This document shows positions 55,852 through 63,847 of a DNA stretch of 64,000 nt, one piece after another. The stretch is taken from NCBI GenBank assembly GCA_944392955.1, contig CALXYK010000004.1, forward strand, positions 69,048-133,047, read 5' to 3'. A program made the translations under genes and the position numbers. Source of the stretch: an uncultured Alphaproteobacteria bacterium (GTDB lineage Bacteria; Pseudomonadota; Alphaproteobacteria; Rs-D84; CACZYB01). Within the stretch, counting starts at the first letter, position 1; every line of letters starts with the position of its first letter. Under the pieces are notes generated by a model. That model was not told where the DNA came from, ran no database searches, and saw only the letters and a program-made list of their open reading frames with translations.

Positions 55852-57306
55852 ATGGACTTAAAAAATCTAGATAATAATTACAGATTTACTAAAATCGTCG
55901 CAACTATCGGTCCTTCTACCGAAGAATACGAAAATCTTAAAGCCGTTATAGAAGCTGGTGTTAATGTTTGTCGTTTGAACTTTTCTCATGGCACACACGA
56001 AGATCACAAAAAAAGATTTGATAACATCAAAAGAATTGAAAAGGAATTAGGACGAAAAATCGGTATCCTTGCTGATATGCAGGGACCAAAACTTCGTGTT
56101 GGTAAATTCAAAAATGAAAAGGAAATGCTTGTTGACGGACAGGAATTTACTTTTGATAATAAGGAAGAACTTGGCGACAATACCAGAGTACAACTTCCAA
56201 ATGTTGCAATACTTGATGCATTAAAAGTTGGTGATTATGTTCTTATCAACGACGGAAAAATCAAAGTTCAAGTTATTGAAAAAACATCTGGTGCTGTTAA
56301 AACAAAAGTTATTGTTGGCGGTATGATTTCTGATAGAAAAGGTTTCAACCTTCCAAATACTATTGTTGATCTTCCTGTATTCACAGAAAAGGATTTATCT
56401 GATTTGGAATTTGCACTTTCTCTTGGTGTTGATTGGATTGCTGCATCTTTTGTTCAAACACCTGATGATGTAAGATATGCAAAAAAGATGATAAACGGCC
56501 GTGCAGCACTTATTTGTAAAATTGAAAAGCCAACTGCTGCTCTTGATTATCTAGAAGAAATTGTTGAACTTTCCGATGGTATAATGGTTGCTCGTGGTGA
56601 TTTGGGTGTAGAAGTTGAACCTCAAATGGTTCCTTTATTACAAAAAAGAATGATTAAAATGTGCCGTGAAAAAAGAAAACCTGTCGTAGTTGCAACACAC
56701 ATGTTGGAATCTATGATTGATAATACTTTCCCAACACGTGCCGAAGCATCTGACGTTGCAAATGCAGTTTACGAATGCACAGATTGTGTTATGTTATCCG
56801 CAGAAACTGCACAAGGTAAATATCCAGTTGATGCTGTTAAAATGATGGCTTCTATCATTAAACAAGTAGAAGCAGATCCAGAATACAGAAAATATGTAAA
56901 TACATTTACCAGTGAATTAAAAGAAAGAACTCTTGGTGATGTTATGACATCGGCTGCTGCTGATATTACTAAGAAAACAGACGCAAAAGCTGTATTCGCA
57001 TATACAACAAGTGGTACAACCGCAATCAACCTTTCAAAACACAAACCAAATGCACCTATTGTTGCAGTAACAACCGAAGACAAAGTTGCAGGTCGTGTTG
57101 CTCTTTGCTGGGGTGTAACACCTAAACTTGTTGAAACAATAACAGATTCTGATAAAATTGATGATTTATCAAGATCTATTGCAAAAGAGTTGAAGCTTGC
57201 TTCTGATGGGGACGAACTTGTTCTTACATTTGGAAAAAGCACTACTGCATCAAAAACAATATTTACCGAAGGTGCAACAACTCTTGTAAGTGTGATAAAG
57301 GTTTAA
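55852..57306 (+). CDS. pyk: Pyruvate kinase
   Basis: A 484-aa protein with FTKIVATIGPS, NFSHG, the K+/Mg2+-site MVARGDLGVE and the C-terminal regulatory domain. Confidence 0.9.
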   Translation: MDLKNLDNNYRFTKIVATIGPSTEEYENLKAVIEAGVNVCRLNFSHGTHEDHKKRFDNIKRIEKELGRKIGILADMQGPKLRVGKFKNEKEMLVDGQEFTFDNKEELGDNTRVQLPNVAILDALKVGDYVLINDGKIKVQVIEKTSGAVKTKVIVGGMISDRKGFNLPNTIVDLPVFTEKDLSDLEFALSLGVDWIAASFVQTPDDVRYAKKMINGRAALICKIEKPTAALDYLEEIVELSDGIMVARGDLGVEVEPQMVPLLQKRMIKMCREKRKPVVVATHMLESMIDNTFPTRAEASDVANAVYECTDCVMLSAETAQGKYPVDAVKMMASIIKQVEADPEYRKYVNTFTSELKERTLGDVMTSAAADITKKTDAKAVFAYTTSGTTAINLSKHKPNAPIVAVTTEDKVAGRVALCWGVTPKLVETITDSDKIDDLSRSIAKELKLASDGDELVLTFGKSTTASKTIFTEGATTLVSVIKV

Positions 57307-57324
57307 CCTTTCACAAATCCAACA

Positions 57325-57356
57325 AAACACCGCATTTTCGCGGTGTTTTTTTTATT
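57325..57356 (+). terminator. Rho-independent terminator after pyk
   Basis: AACACCGC-atttt-CGCGGTGTTTTTTTTATTTT. Confidence 0.7.
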
Positions 57357-57418
57357 TTAAATTCTTCTTCTATTTTAATTTTTATATGATATAATACCCA
57401 ATTATAACGGAGGTATTA

Positions 57419-58438
57419 ATGCAAAAACTAAGAATAGGTGTGGTAGGCTGTGGCCGAATTTCCGATTGTCATTTCAATGCAATAAAAAACAATAATAATA
57501 CTATGGAAATCGCTGCTATATGTGATTTGAATCCTACAAATTTACAAAGGGCACAGGAAAAAACCGGTGCAAATCCTTATACCAGTATTGATGATATGAT
57601 AAAATTTGAAAAACTTGATTGTATCAGTATTTGCACACCAAACGGCTATCACTATGAAAATGCTAAAAAAGTTTTAAAGGCAGGTATCAATGTCATAGTT
57701 GAAAAACCTTTAACCCTTAACTATTCCGAAGGTAAAAAATTATTTAATCTTGCAAACAAGAAAAATAAACAGGTATTTTTAATACATCAAAATCGTTTCA
57801 ATCCTACAATTCAATGTGTAAAAAATGCCCTTGATTCCGGTGCATTTGGAAAAATATACATGATAACTTCTAATATATTTTGGTATCGCGATGACGATTA
57901 TTACAAAAATCCATCGTGGCACGGCTCAAAAAAAATAGATGGTGGTGCATTTATTACCCAGGCCTCTCACTATACAGATATTATGAACTGGTTTGCTAAA
58001 AGTGAACTTAAATCTATATATGCAATAGGGAAAACTCGCGAACGGAAAATAGAAACCGAAGATTGTGGTTCCGCTATAATAGAATGGAAAAATCATATAA
58101 TAGGTAATGTTAATTTATCAGTTCTAACCTACAACGAAAATTACGAAGGAAGTATTACAATCATAGGGGAAAAAGGATTCGCAAAAATTGGTGGTATTGC
58201 AATGAACAAAATACTTGATTGGAAATTTGAGGCTCCGACTAAGGAATTTTGTAATATTTCTTATGATGTAGAATCTGTTTACGGATTCGGGCATACCCCA
58301 TATTACGAAAGCATTGCAAAAACTTTATTAAATAAGGAACCTTTCCTAATATCCAAAAAGGATGCCTTAAACTCCCTTAAACTTCTTTGCGGAATAGTCG
58401 ATTCTATGAATAAAAAGAAAATAATAAAATTCAAATAA
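57419..58438 (+). CDS. Gfo/Idh/MocA-family NAD(P)-dependent oxidoreductase
   Basis: The N-terminal Rossmann motif is RIGVVGCGRISDCHF. The EKPL motif (VIVEKPLTLN) is typical of the family. 339 aa. Confidence 0.8.
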   Translation: MQKLRIGVVGCGRISDCHFNAIKNNNNTMEIAAICDLNPTNLQRAQEKTGANPYTSIDDMIKFEKLDCISICTPNGYHYENAKKVLKAGINVIVEKPLTLNYSEGKKLFNLANKKNKQVFLIHQNRFNPTIQCVKNALDSGAFGKIYMITSNIFWYRDDDYYKNPSWHGSKKIDGGAFITQASHYTDIMNWFAKSELKSIYAIGKTRERKIETEDCGSAIIEWKNHIIGNVNLSVLTYNENYEGSITIIGEKGFAKIGGIAMNKILDWKFEAPTKEFCNISYDVESVYGFGHTPYYESIAKTLLNKEPFLISKKDALNSLKLLCGIVDSMNKKKIIKFK

Positions 58439-58472
58439 AAAAGGTAGTTTTTACTACCTTTCTTTTTTTTGT
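58439..58472. terminator. Bidirectional terminator between the oxidoreductase gene (+) and the small-gene operon (-)
   Basis: AAGGTAGT-tttt-ACTACCTTTCTTTTTTTT. The minus-strand gene's stop codon lies within the stem. Confidence 0.6.
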
Positions 58473-58702
58473 GATACAACCACACTCCATTTCAAAAGAG
58501 CCTTCCCATCCGAAGCCCTAGGAGCCTTATCCAACTTTTTTATACGCTTTTTTAAACCTGCAATAACATTACGATAATAAGAAATTTGAAGTTCATCATT
58601 TGATGCAGAAGTCTCAATAAACATCTCATAATGTTTTATACATTCTTCCAAAACTTTTTTTTCCAAATCTACATCAACTTTGTGAAATACTGTATGAACC
58701 AC
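58454..58702 (-). CDS. Small hypothetical protein (82 aa), third gene of a 3-gene micro-operon
   Basis: GTG start preceded by the SD AAGGAGAG at -8. It starts 1 nt after the upstream gene's stop. It is charged, has no TM or signal, and shows no recognisable motif. Confidence 0.45.
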   Translation of the reverse strand: MVHTVFHKVDVDLEKKVLEECIKHYEMFIETSASNDELQISYYRNVIAGLKKRIKKLDKAPRASDGKALLKWSVVVSQKKER

Positions 58703-58703
58703 T

Positions 58704-58925
58704 TTATCTCTCCTTATCTGTCAAAAATTCATCTACTAAACCTTCTCTTAATTCAGGTTTATCCAAAATAGATGCCTTAATCTGTTCTAATTGTTTTAAT
58801 TCCTTAGTCAAATAAGAAAACATAAAACTTTCTTCTGAAAGCTTACTTAAATCAGCTTTGCATCTTTCAATAGACTTTTCAACTAATACAAGTTGTTCTC
58901 TATAACTAACAGGTTTTTTAACCAT
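58704..58925 (-). CDS. Small hypothetical protein (73 aa), second gene of the micro-operon
   Basis: ATG start preceded by the perfect SD TAGGAGG at -9. The product is predicted helical and charged (…LSKLSEESFMFSYLTKELKQLEQIKASILDKPELREGL…). Confidence 0.5.
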   Translation of the reverse strand: MVKKPVSYREQLVLVEKSIERCKADLSKLSEESFMFSYLTKELKQLEQIKASILDKPELREGLVDEFLTDKER

Positions 58926-58937
58926 TATATATACCTC

Positions 58938-59321
58938 CTACCTATTATTTTCAGATTCTTTAAGTGCTTTTTGAATCTTTGCATTATGTTCTTTTATCAT
59001 TTTTGCAAATTGTCTTTTATCAAAAGATTTTTTGGCACTTTCTATTTCTTCTGGTGAAAATTTATTTTGCATTCTTTTTACTAACTTTTTAAGGTATTGC
59101 TCAGAATTTCTAGCAATAATTTCATCCTTATATTCACCTGTACTACGAGCATTTTTAATATTTTTTCCTACCCTATCAATTTCAAATATAAAAAATTCAA
59201 GAGTTTCCCTTTCATCTTTTTCTCTAATTCTTCTTTCATTTGACATAAATTCAGTTCTTTCAGCCGCAGTTTTCCAGCTTTCAGTTTCTAAGTATTTACG
59301 CATTTTATTAAAGTATCCCAT
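58938..59321 (-). CDS. Small hypothetical protein (127 aa), first gene of the micro-operon downstream of tolB
   Basis: ATG start with the SD AAAGGTGA. The product is Lys/Glu/Arg-rich and lacks a signal peptide or lipobox, so it is not Pal. It lies 12 nt upstream of the next gene. Confidence 0.5.
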   Translation of the reverse strand: MGYFNKMRKYLETESWKTAAERTEFMSNERRIREKDERETLEFFIFEIDRVGKNIKNARSTGEYKDEIIARNSEQYLKKLVKRMQNKFSPEEIESAKKSFDKRQFAKMIKEHNAKIQKALKESENNR

Positions 59322-59397
59322 TGTTATTTTTTCACCTTTCTTTTTTTATTAAACAGAATCTAGTTTAGACTAAATATTTTGTTAAGTCAATAAAAAT

Positions 59398-60717
59398 TTA
59401 AGGTAACACAGGTGACCATGCAGGATCCGAAGCCCCAGTAGGCAATTTCATCACCTCATGATTATGTCCAGTAATATCCACACTTTGAATTGTCAATTTA
59501 TCATTTCCATCTTTTGTAGGAGTCTGTTCATAGAAGATGATTCTCCTACCATTAGGGGACCAAGTAGGCGATTCCACCATATACCCATCAGCAATTAAAC
59601 GTTCTCCTGTTCCATCTTCAAACATCAAACCTATATAAAATTTATTATTTTTAATTTTAACAAAGGCAAGGTAATCCCCCCTTGGTGACCAAGCAACATC
59701 ACCATATTGTCCACCACCGAAACTGATTCGTTCAACATTACTACCATCTCTATTCATAGTATAAATTTGAGGTTTTCCACTTCTATCAGAAACAAATGCA
59801 ATTTTCTTTCCATCCGGTGAATAAGTAGGTGCAGTTTCAATCGCAGGATGCGAAGTCAATTTTTTCAAAGCCTTAGTCTGCAAATTCATTTCATAAATAT
59901 CTGAATTTCCATCCTGTGCAATACTCATAACAACAAACTTATCATCTGGCGAAAATCTTGGAGCAAAGGACATTCCTGGGAAATTACCTAATAAAGTTTG
60001 CTCTCCTGTTTCTATATCAAAAATATACACCCTAGGCACTTGCTTAAAATAAGTAACATAAGCAATTTTCTGGGAATTATTAGAAAATACAGGCGTTGTA
60101 ACAGGAATTTTTCCATCTGTTAAATATTTAAGATTCGCACCATCTTGATCTACAATCGCTAATCTTTTTACCCTATTAAGTTTAGAACCTGTTTCTGCAA
60201 CATAAACAACCCTAGTATCAAAATACCCATTATCTCCTGTCATTCTTTTGTATATATAATCTGCAATTATATGAGCGATTCGCCTCCAATTAGAAGATTC
60301 TGTAATTAAGGCTTGCCCCTCTATTCTTTGTTGTGCAGGAATATCCCACAAATGAAATTCTACCCTAAGTTTTCCATTTTCCTGAGGCGAAACATCACCA
60401 TATACCAAAGCCTGAGCATTTATAACATTCCAATTTTCAAACTTAGGTAGATCATCTATATTTTGAGATTTATCAACAAATGCATCGTGATCAATAGGAC
60501 TAAATAAACCTGTTCTTTTTAAATCATTAGAAATAACCTTTGTAATATTTTTACCAATTTCTTTTTCTTTTCCTGTTTTTCCAGAAAAATCCATAACCGC
60601 AATGGAAATAGGTTCTATATTACCACCATCAATATCCACATATATTTCTGACTTTGCTGAATTACTTCCTATAAAAATAAAAAATAGTAAAAACAATATA
60701 TTCGTAAAACTTCTCAT
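59398..60717 (-). CDS. tolB: Tol-Pal system periplasmic beta-propeller protein TolB
   Basis: The internal ATG (MRSFTNILFLLFFIFIGSNSA signal) is used as start. The N-terminal TolB domain (IAVMDFSG...) and the C-terminal propeller repeats SPxxSPDG/WSPxG (FSPDDKF, YSPDGKK, WSPRGDY, WSPNGRR) are present. Confidence 0.8.
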   Translation of the reverse strand: MRSFTNILFLLFFIFIGSNSAKSEIYVDIDGGNIEPISIAVMDFSGKTGKEKEIGKNITKVISNDLKRTGLFSPIDHDAFVDKSQNIDDLPKFENWNVINAQALVYGDVSPQENGKLRVEFHLWDIPAQQRIEGQALITESSNWRRIAHIIADYIYKRMTGDNGYFDTRVVYVAETGSKLNRVKRLAIVDQDGANLKYLTDGKIPVTTPVFSNNSQKIAYVTYFKQVPRVYIFDIETGEQTLLGNFPGMSFAPRFSPDDKFVVMSIAQDGNSDIYEMNLQTKALKKLTSHPAIETAPTYSPDGKKIAFVSDRSGKPQIYTMNRDGSNVERISFGGGQYGDVAWSPRGDYLAFVKIKNNKFYIGLMFEDGTGERLIADGYMVESPTWSPNGRRIIFYEQTPTKDGNDKLTIQSVDITGHNHEVMKLPTGASDPAWSPVLP

Positions 60718-60810
60718 ATTAAAAATCTCCCTTGAAATATAATTTACTTGAAAAAATAAGTTTTGCAATAGATACTTTTAATCAAAGTAAAATTTGTTAT
60801 AACAATATAG

Positions 60811-60840
60811 TTGACAAACTTAAATTTTATTGTCTATAAT
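60811..60840 (+). promoter_or_regulatory. Consensus sigma70 promoter (TTGACA-N18-TATAAT) upstream of the ACP-like gene
   Basis: TTGACA at 60811-60816, an 18-nt spacer, and TATAAT at 60835-60840, about 24 nt before the ATG at 60864. Confidence 0.45.
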
Positions 60841-60863
60841 AAAAACAAAAAAAGAAACTAAAA

Positions 60864-61142
60864 ATGTATAATAAAAGAAAACTTTACGATAAGGAAATTC
60901 AAAAATCACTATCCACATTATCTATTAATGTAGATGGTAATAATTTTGATTCTATAAAAAAAATAAATTACACTCATATAGGTATTGATTATTGGTCATG
61001 GATTGATCTTATTGCCCATCTAGAAACAACATTTTCAAAGGATCTTGCTGAGACAACTGATAAATTTAAGATAGAAACAATTGATGAAGTAATAGAAGCA
61101 TTATACAATGCTCCGGATATTAAAAATTTATATAATAACTAA
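60864..61142 (+). CDS. ACP-like small protein (92 aa) lacking the canonical DSL phosphopantetheine-attachment serine
   Basis: HIGIDYWSWIDLIAHLETTF aligns position-by-position with the acpP block [19 protein letters not shown]. Conserved residues are G, D, L, E and F. The Ser of DSL is replaced by Tyr, and the next Ser is two residues later. It lies directly upstream of the genuine acpP. Confidence 0.45.
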   Translation: MYNKRKLYDKEIQKSLSTLSINVDGNNFDSIKKINYTHIGIDYWSWIDLIAHLETTFSKDLAETTDKFKIETIDEVIEALYNAPDIKNLYNN

Positions 61143-61296
61143 GCGAAATTTTTATTCTAAAATCTAATTTAACACAAAAAAAACGCCTAAATTCAAGTAT
61201 TTTCTATTAAGGCTTGACATTTATAGGTAAAAATAGTAAATTAAAACCATTCGGTTTAAGACTGAAAATTAGTTTAACAAATAAAAAGGTGATAAA

Positions 61297-61539
61297 ATGG
61301 CTGAACAAACAAATGTTCTTGAAAAAGTAAAAAAAATCGTTGTTGAAAATCTTGGTGTAGAAGCTGATAAAGTTACTGAGAAATCAAGTTTTATTGATGA
61401 TCTTGGTGCTGATTCTCTTGACACTGTTGAACTTGTAATGGCTTTCGAAGAAGAATTCGGTTGCGAAATTCCTGATGAAGAAGCTGAAAAGATTTTAACT
61501 GTTGAAGATGCAGTTAAATACATCGAAGCTCATATCTAA
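61297..61539 (+). CDS. acpP: Acyl carrier protein
   Basis: An 80-aa protein with the canonical motif [22 protein letters not shown]. Confidence 0.9.
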   Translation: MAEQTNVLEKVKKIVVENLGVEADKVTEKSSFIDDLGADSLDTVELVMAFEEEFGCEIPDEEAEKILTVEDAVKYIEAHI

Positions 61540-61558
61540 TAATAAAAAATTAGATGTA

Positions 61559-61594
61559 AAAAAACAACCTCCTTTAAAGGAGGTTTTTTTTAAG
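61559..61594. terminator. Bidirectional rho-independent terminator after acpP (+) / ruvX (-)
   Basis: AAAAAACAACCTCCTT-taa-AGGAGGTTTTTTTTAAG. Confidence 0.7.
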
Positions 61595-62051
61595 AATCTA
61601 AAACTCTTTGTAATATCTCTGCGGCAGCTACCTTATCCAATATATTTTTTCTTTTTTTTCTACTTAAATCAAAATCACGAATTAACATTTTTTCAACCAT
61701 CACAGACGACATTCTTTCATCAGCAAAAACTACTTCTATGTATGGCAAAGATTTTTTCAAATATTCTGCAAAATCCCTAATTTTAAAGGCAGTTTTACCT
61801 TCACTTCCATCCATTTGTAAAGGCATTCCAATAACAATAACCGCAACATCCATTTCCACAACTATTTTCGCTATTTCAGACACAAGATTCTTATAACCTT
61901 TATTTTTAAGCATAACATAAGGCGATGCAATCTGTCTTCCTACATCAGATATAGCAATTCCAACATTGATTTCACCATAATCAATACCTAAAAATCGCTT
62001 TTCAGTATTAAAATATTTTTTCTTTAATCTATTGAAAATATTATCAATCAA
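61590..62051 (-). CDS. ruvX: Putative pre-16S rRNA nuclease / Holliday junction resolvase-like protein RuvX (YqgF)
   Basis: The RNaseH-like N-terminus is KRFLGIDYGEINVGIAISD. The in-frame TTG at 62051 is preceded by the SD AAGGAG at -8. The ORF-track extension to 62267 is hydrophobic junk that overlaps the divergent gene. Confidence 0.7.
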   Translation of the reverse strand: MIDNIFNRLKKKYFNTEKRFLGIDYGEINVGIAISDVGRQIASPYVMLKNKGYKNLVSEIAKIVVEMDVAVIVIGMPLQMDGSEGKTAFKIRDFAEYLKKSLPYIEVVFADERMSSVMVEKMLIRDFDLSRKKRKNILDKVAAAEILQRVLDS

Positions 62052-62130
62052 TGTTATACTCCTTAACAGATTACCTTTAATATAAAATAGAAAATAAAGG
62101 AAGTCAAACAACAAAAAAGGAGAAAATATT

Positions 62131-62508
62131 ATGGTAGCAAAAAAAACAAACACAAAAAAAACTGCTAGTAAAGCAAAAAAAGTTACAAAACCTGCAGTAA
62201 AGGCTGAAATGACAAACGCACAAACTTGCTCATGTGGTCCTACTTGCTCATGTGGTCCTGATTGCAAATGTCACTGTCACTGCTGTAACAAAGCAAAAGC
62301 TCTTATCGTATTGCTTTTAGTGGTAATTGCAACAGTAATAGTAACTTTGGTTGTAACAAAATCCCCATGTGGCCGTAGAAGAGCCCCAATGGGACCATGT
62401 CCATACGAAAGAAAAGCAGAAATGGGACCAAACAGAAGAATGAAAAACAGAATGCCTCCTGCACCAAAGGAAGCACCTGCACCTGCTCCTGTTGCTGCAA
62501 AGGACTAA
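62131..62508 (+). CDS. Metallothionein-like membrane protein: Lys-rich N-terminus, Cys/His cluster (CSCGPTCSCGPDCKCHCHCC), single TM helix, Pro/Arg-rich tail
   Basis: A strong SD (AAAAGGAGAAAA) precedes the ATG. The sequence is MVAKKTNTKKTASKAKKVTKPAVKAEMTNAQTCSCGPTCSCGPDCKCHCHCCNKAKALIVLLLVVIATVIVTLVVTK.... A terminator follows the stop. Local GC is clearly elevated. Confidence 0.55.
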   Translation: MVAKKTNTKKTASKAKKVTKPAVKAEMTNAQTCSCGPTCSCGPDCKCHCHCCNKAKALIVLLLVVIATVIVTLVVTKSPCGRRRAPMGPCPYERKAEMGPNRRMKNRMPPAPKEAPAPAPVAAKD

Positions 62509-62524
62509 ACTAGAAACTATTAAC

Positions 62525-62557
62525 AAAAAGGACATTTTAAAATGTCCTTTTTTCTTT
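62525..62557 (+). terminator. Rho-independent terminator after the metallothionein-like gene
   Basis: AAAAAGGACATTTT-AAAATGTCCTTTTTTCTTTT. Confidence 0.65.
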
Positions 62558-62625
62558 TAATCAATACTTGACTAAGAAAATCTAATAATGCTAAAATCCA
62601 GTAAAACAAAAGAAAGGGATTCTGA

Positions 62626-62919
62626 ATGTATTTTACAAAAGAAAAAATTAAAAGAAATGCTAAATTAGTTAGGATAGGCATGGATGATACTCTTGCCGAA
62701 AAAATGATTCCTGAATTGGAAAGTGTTATAAATTGGATAGCTGAACTTGACGATGTTAATGTGGAAGGTGCCGAACCTTTAATCTCAGTATGCGAACATT
62801 CTCTTCCTAAAAGAACTGACACAATAAAAATGTCAAATACAAAGGAAGAAATTTTAAAGAATGCTCCATGTCCCGATGACAATAACGATTTCTTTACTGT
62901 TCCAAAAATAATAGAATAA
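62626..62919 (+). CDS. gatC: Asp-tRNA(Asn)/Glu-tRNA(Gln) amidotransferase subunit C
   Basis: A 97-aa protein. The N-terminus ...TKEKIKRNAKLVRIGMDD resembles GatC (…ITKEEVKHVAHLARLEL…). It has the conserved acidic middle and the C-terminal FxVPK motif (FFTVPKIIE). Confidence 0.75.
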   Translation: MYFTKEKIKRNAKLVRIGMDDTLAEKMIPELESVINWIAELDDVNVEGAEPLISVCEHSLPKRTDTIKMSNTKEEILKNAPCPDDNNDFFTVPKIIE

Positions 62920-62932
62920 CCCCGAGGATAAA

Positions 62933-63826
62933 ATGTTTAAATTAATAAAATTGATACCAGTAGAAACTCACTTTGACGCAATGAAATACAGAAAAATTTT
63001 TATCACAATTACTTCTATATTACTTTTATTTTCTATATATTTACTTGCAACAAAATCTTTGAATTATGGCATTGACTTTTCTGGTGGAATTTTAATGGAA
63101 ATAAAAACGCCACAACCTGCAAATATAGAAGAAATACGTAGCAAACTGAAAGCATTTTCCCCTGAAATTCAAAGTCAAAATACAACAGGTGATATTTTAT
63201 CAATCCATCTACCTCAAGGACACAAAAACGAAGCTCAAATAACAGAAATGCTAAATGAAGTAAAAACTATATTAGGTGAAAATGTAGAATACAGAAACAC
63301 TCAAATAGTTGGACCAAAGGTAGGCGCAGATTTAGTTAGAAATGGAACATTTGCGGTTCTTCTTTCTATTTTAGTAATATCAATATATGTATGGATTCGT
63401 TTTGAATTGCCTTTTGCAGTTGGAACTGGATTATCTCTTCTTCACGATGTGCTTTTGGCATTGGGTATGCTTGCATTCACAGGATTAGAGTTTAATCTAA
63501 CAACATTGGCCTCACTCTTAACATTGGCAGGTTATTCAATAAATGACACCGTTGTTATTTATGATAGGATAAGGGAAAACATAAAAAAATATAGAACAAA
63601 AAGTTTAAAAGATATAATCAATTTATCAATAAATGAAACTTTTTCACGAACACTTTTAACTGGATTTACAACTTTGTTTGCAGTCCTTGCAATATTTATA
63701 TTCGGCGGTGATACATTAAGAAGTTTTTCCGCGGTTATGTTATTCGGAATATTAGTAGGAACTTATTCTTCTGTTCTTATATCCACTTCATCATTATTAC
63801 TATTTTCTAAAAAAGAAATAAAATAA
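62933..63826 (+). CDS. secF: Protein translocase subunit SecF
   Basis: A 297-aa protein with 6 TM helices. SecF motifs are YGIDFSGG, a periplasmic loop, and the GYSINDTVVIYDRIREN sterol-sensing-like segment. There is no adjacent secD. Confidence 0.8.
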   Translation: MFKLIKLIPVETHFDAMKYRKIFITITSILLLFSIYLLATKSLNYGIDFSGGILMEIKTPQPANIEEIRSKLKAFSPEIQSQNTTGDILSIHLPQGHKNEAQITEMLNEVKTILGENVEYRNTQIVGPKVGADLVRNGTFAVLLSILVISIYVWIRFELPFAVGTGLSLLHDVLLALGMLAFTGLEFNLTTLASLLTLAGYSINDTVVIYDRIRENIKKYRTKSLKDIINLSINETFSRTLLTGFTTLFAVLAIFIFGGDTLRSFSAVMLFGILVGTYSSVLISTSSLLLFSKKEIK

Positions 63827-63847
63827 TAAAAGATAAAGGGGGGAAAA

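Noticed and set aside
58938-59321. The 127-aa gene downstream of tolB as Pal
   Set aside because: It has no lipoprotein signal or lipobox and no OmpA-like C-terminal motif (no NRRVE-type peptidoglycan-binding signature). It is reported as unknown instead.
62052-62267. 72-codon N-terminal extension of the ruvX ORF (MQSGPHEQVGPHEQV...FVFVFF...)
   Set aside because: It is low-complexity or hydrophobic junk that overlaps the divergent metallothionein-like gene and its promoter region. The conserved RuvX N-terminus (KRFLGIDYG) begins shortly after an in-frame TTG at 62051 that has a good SD.
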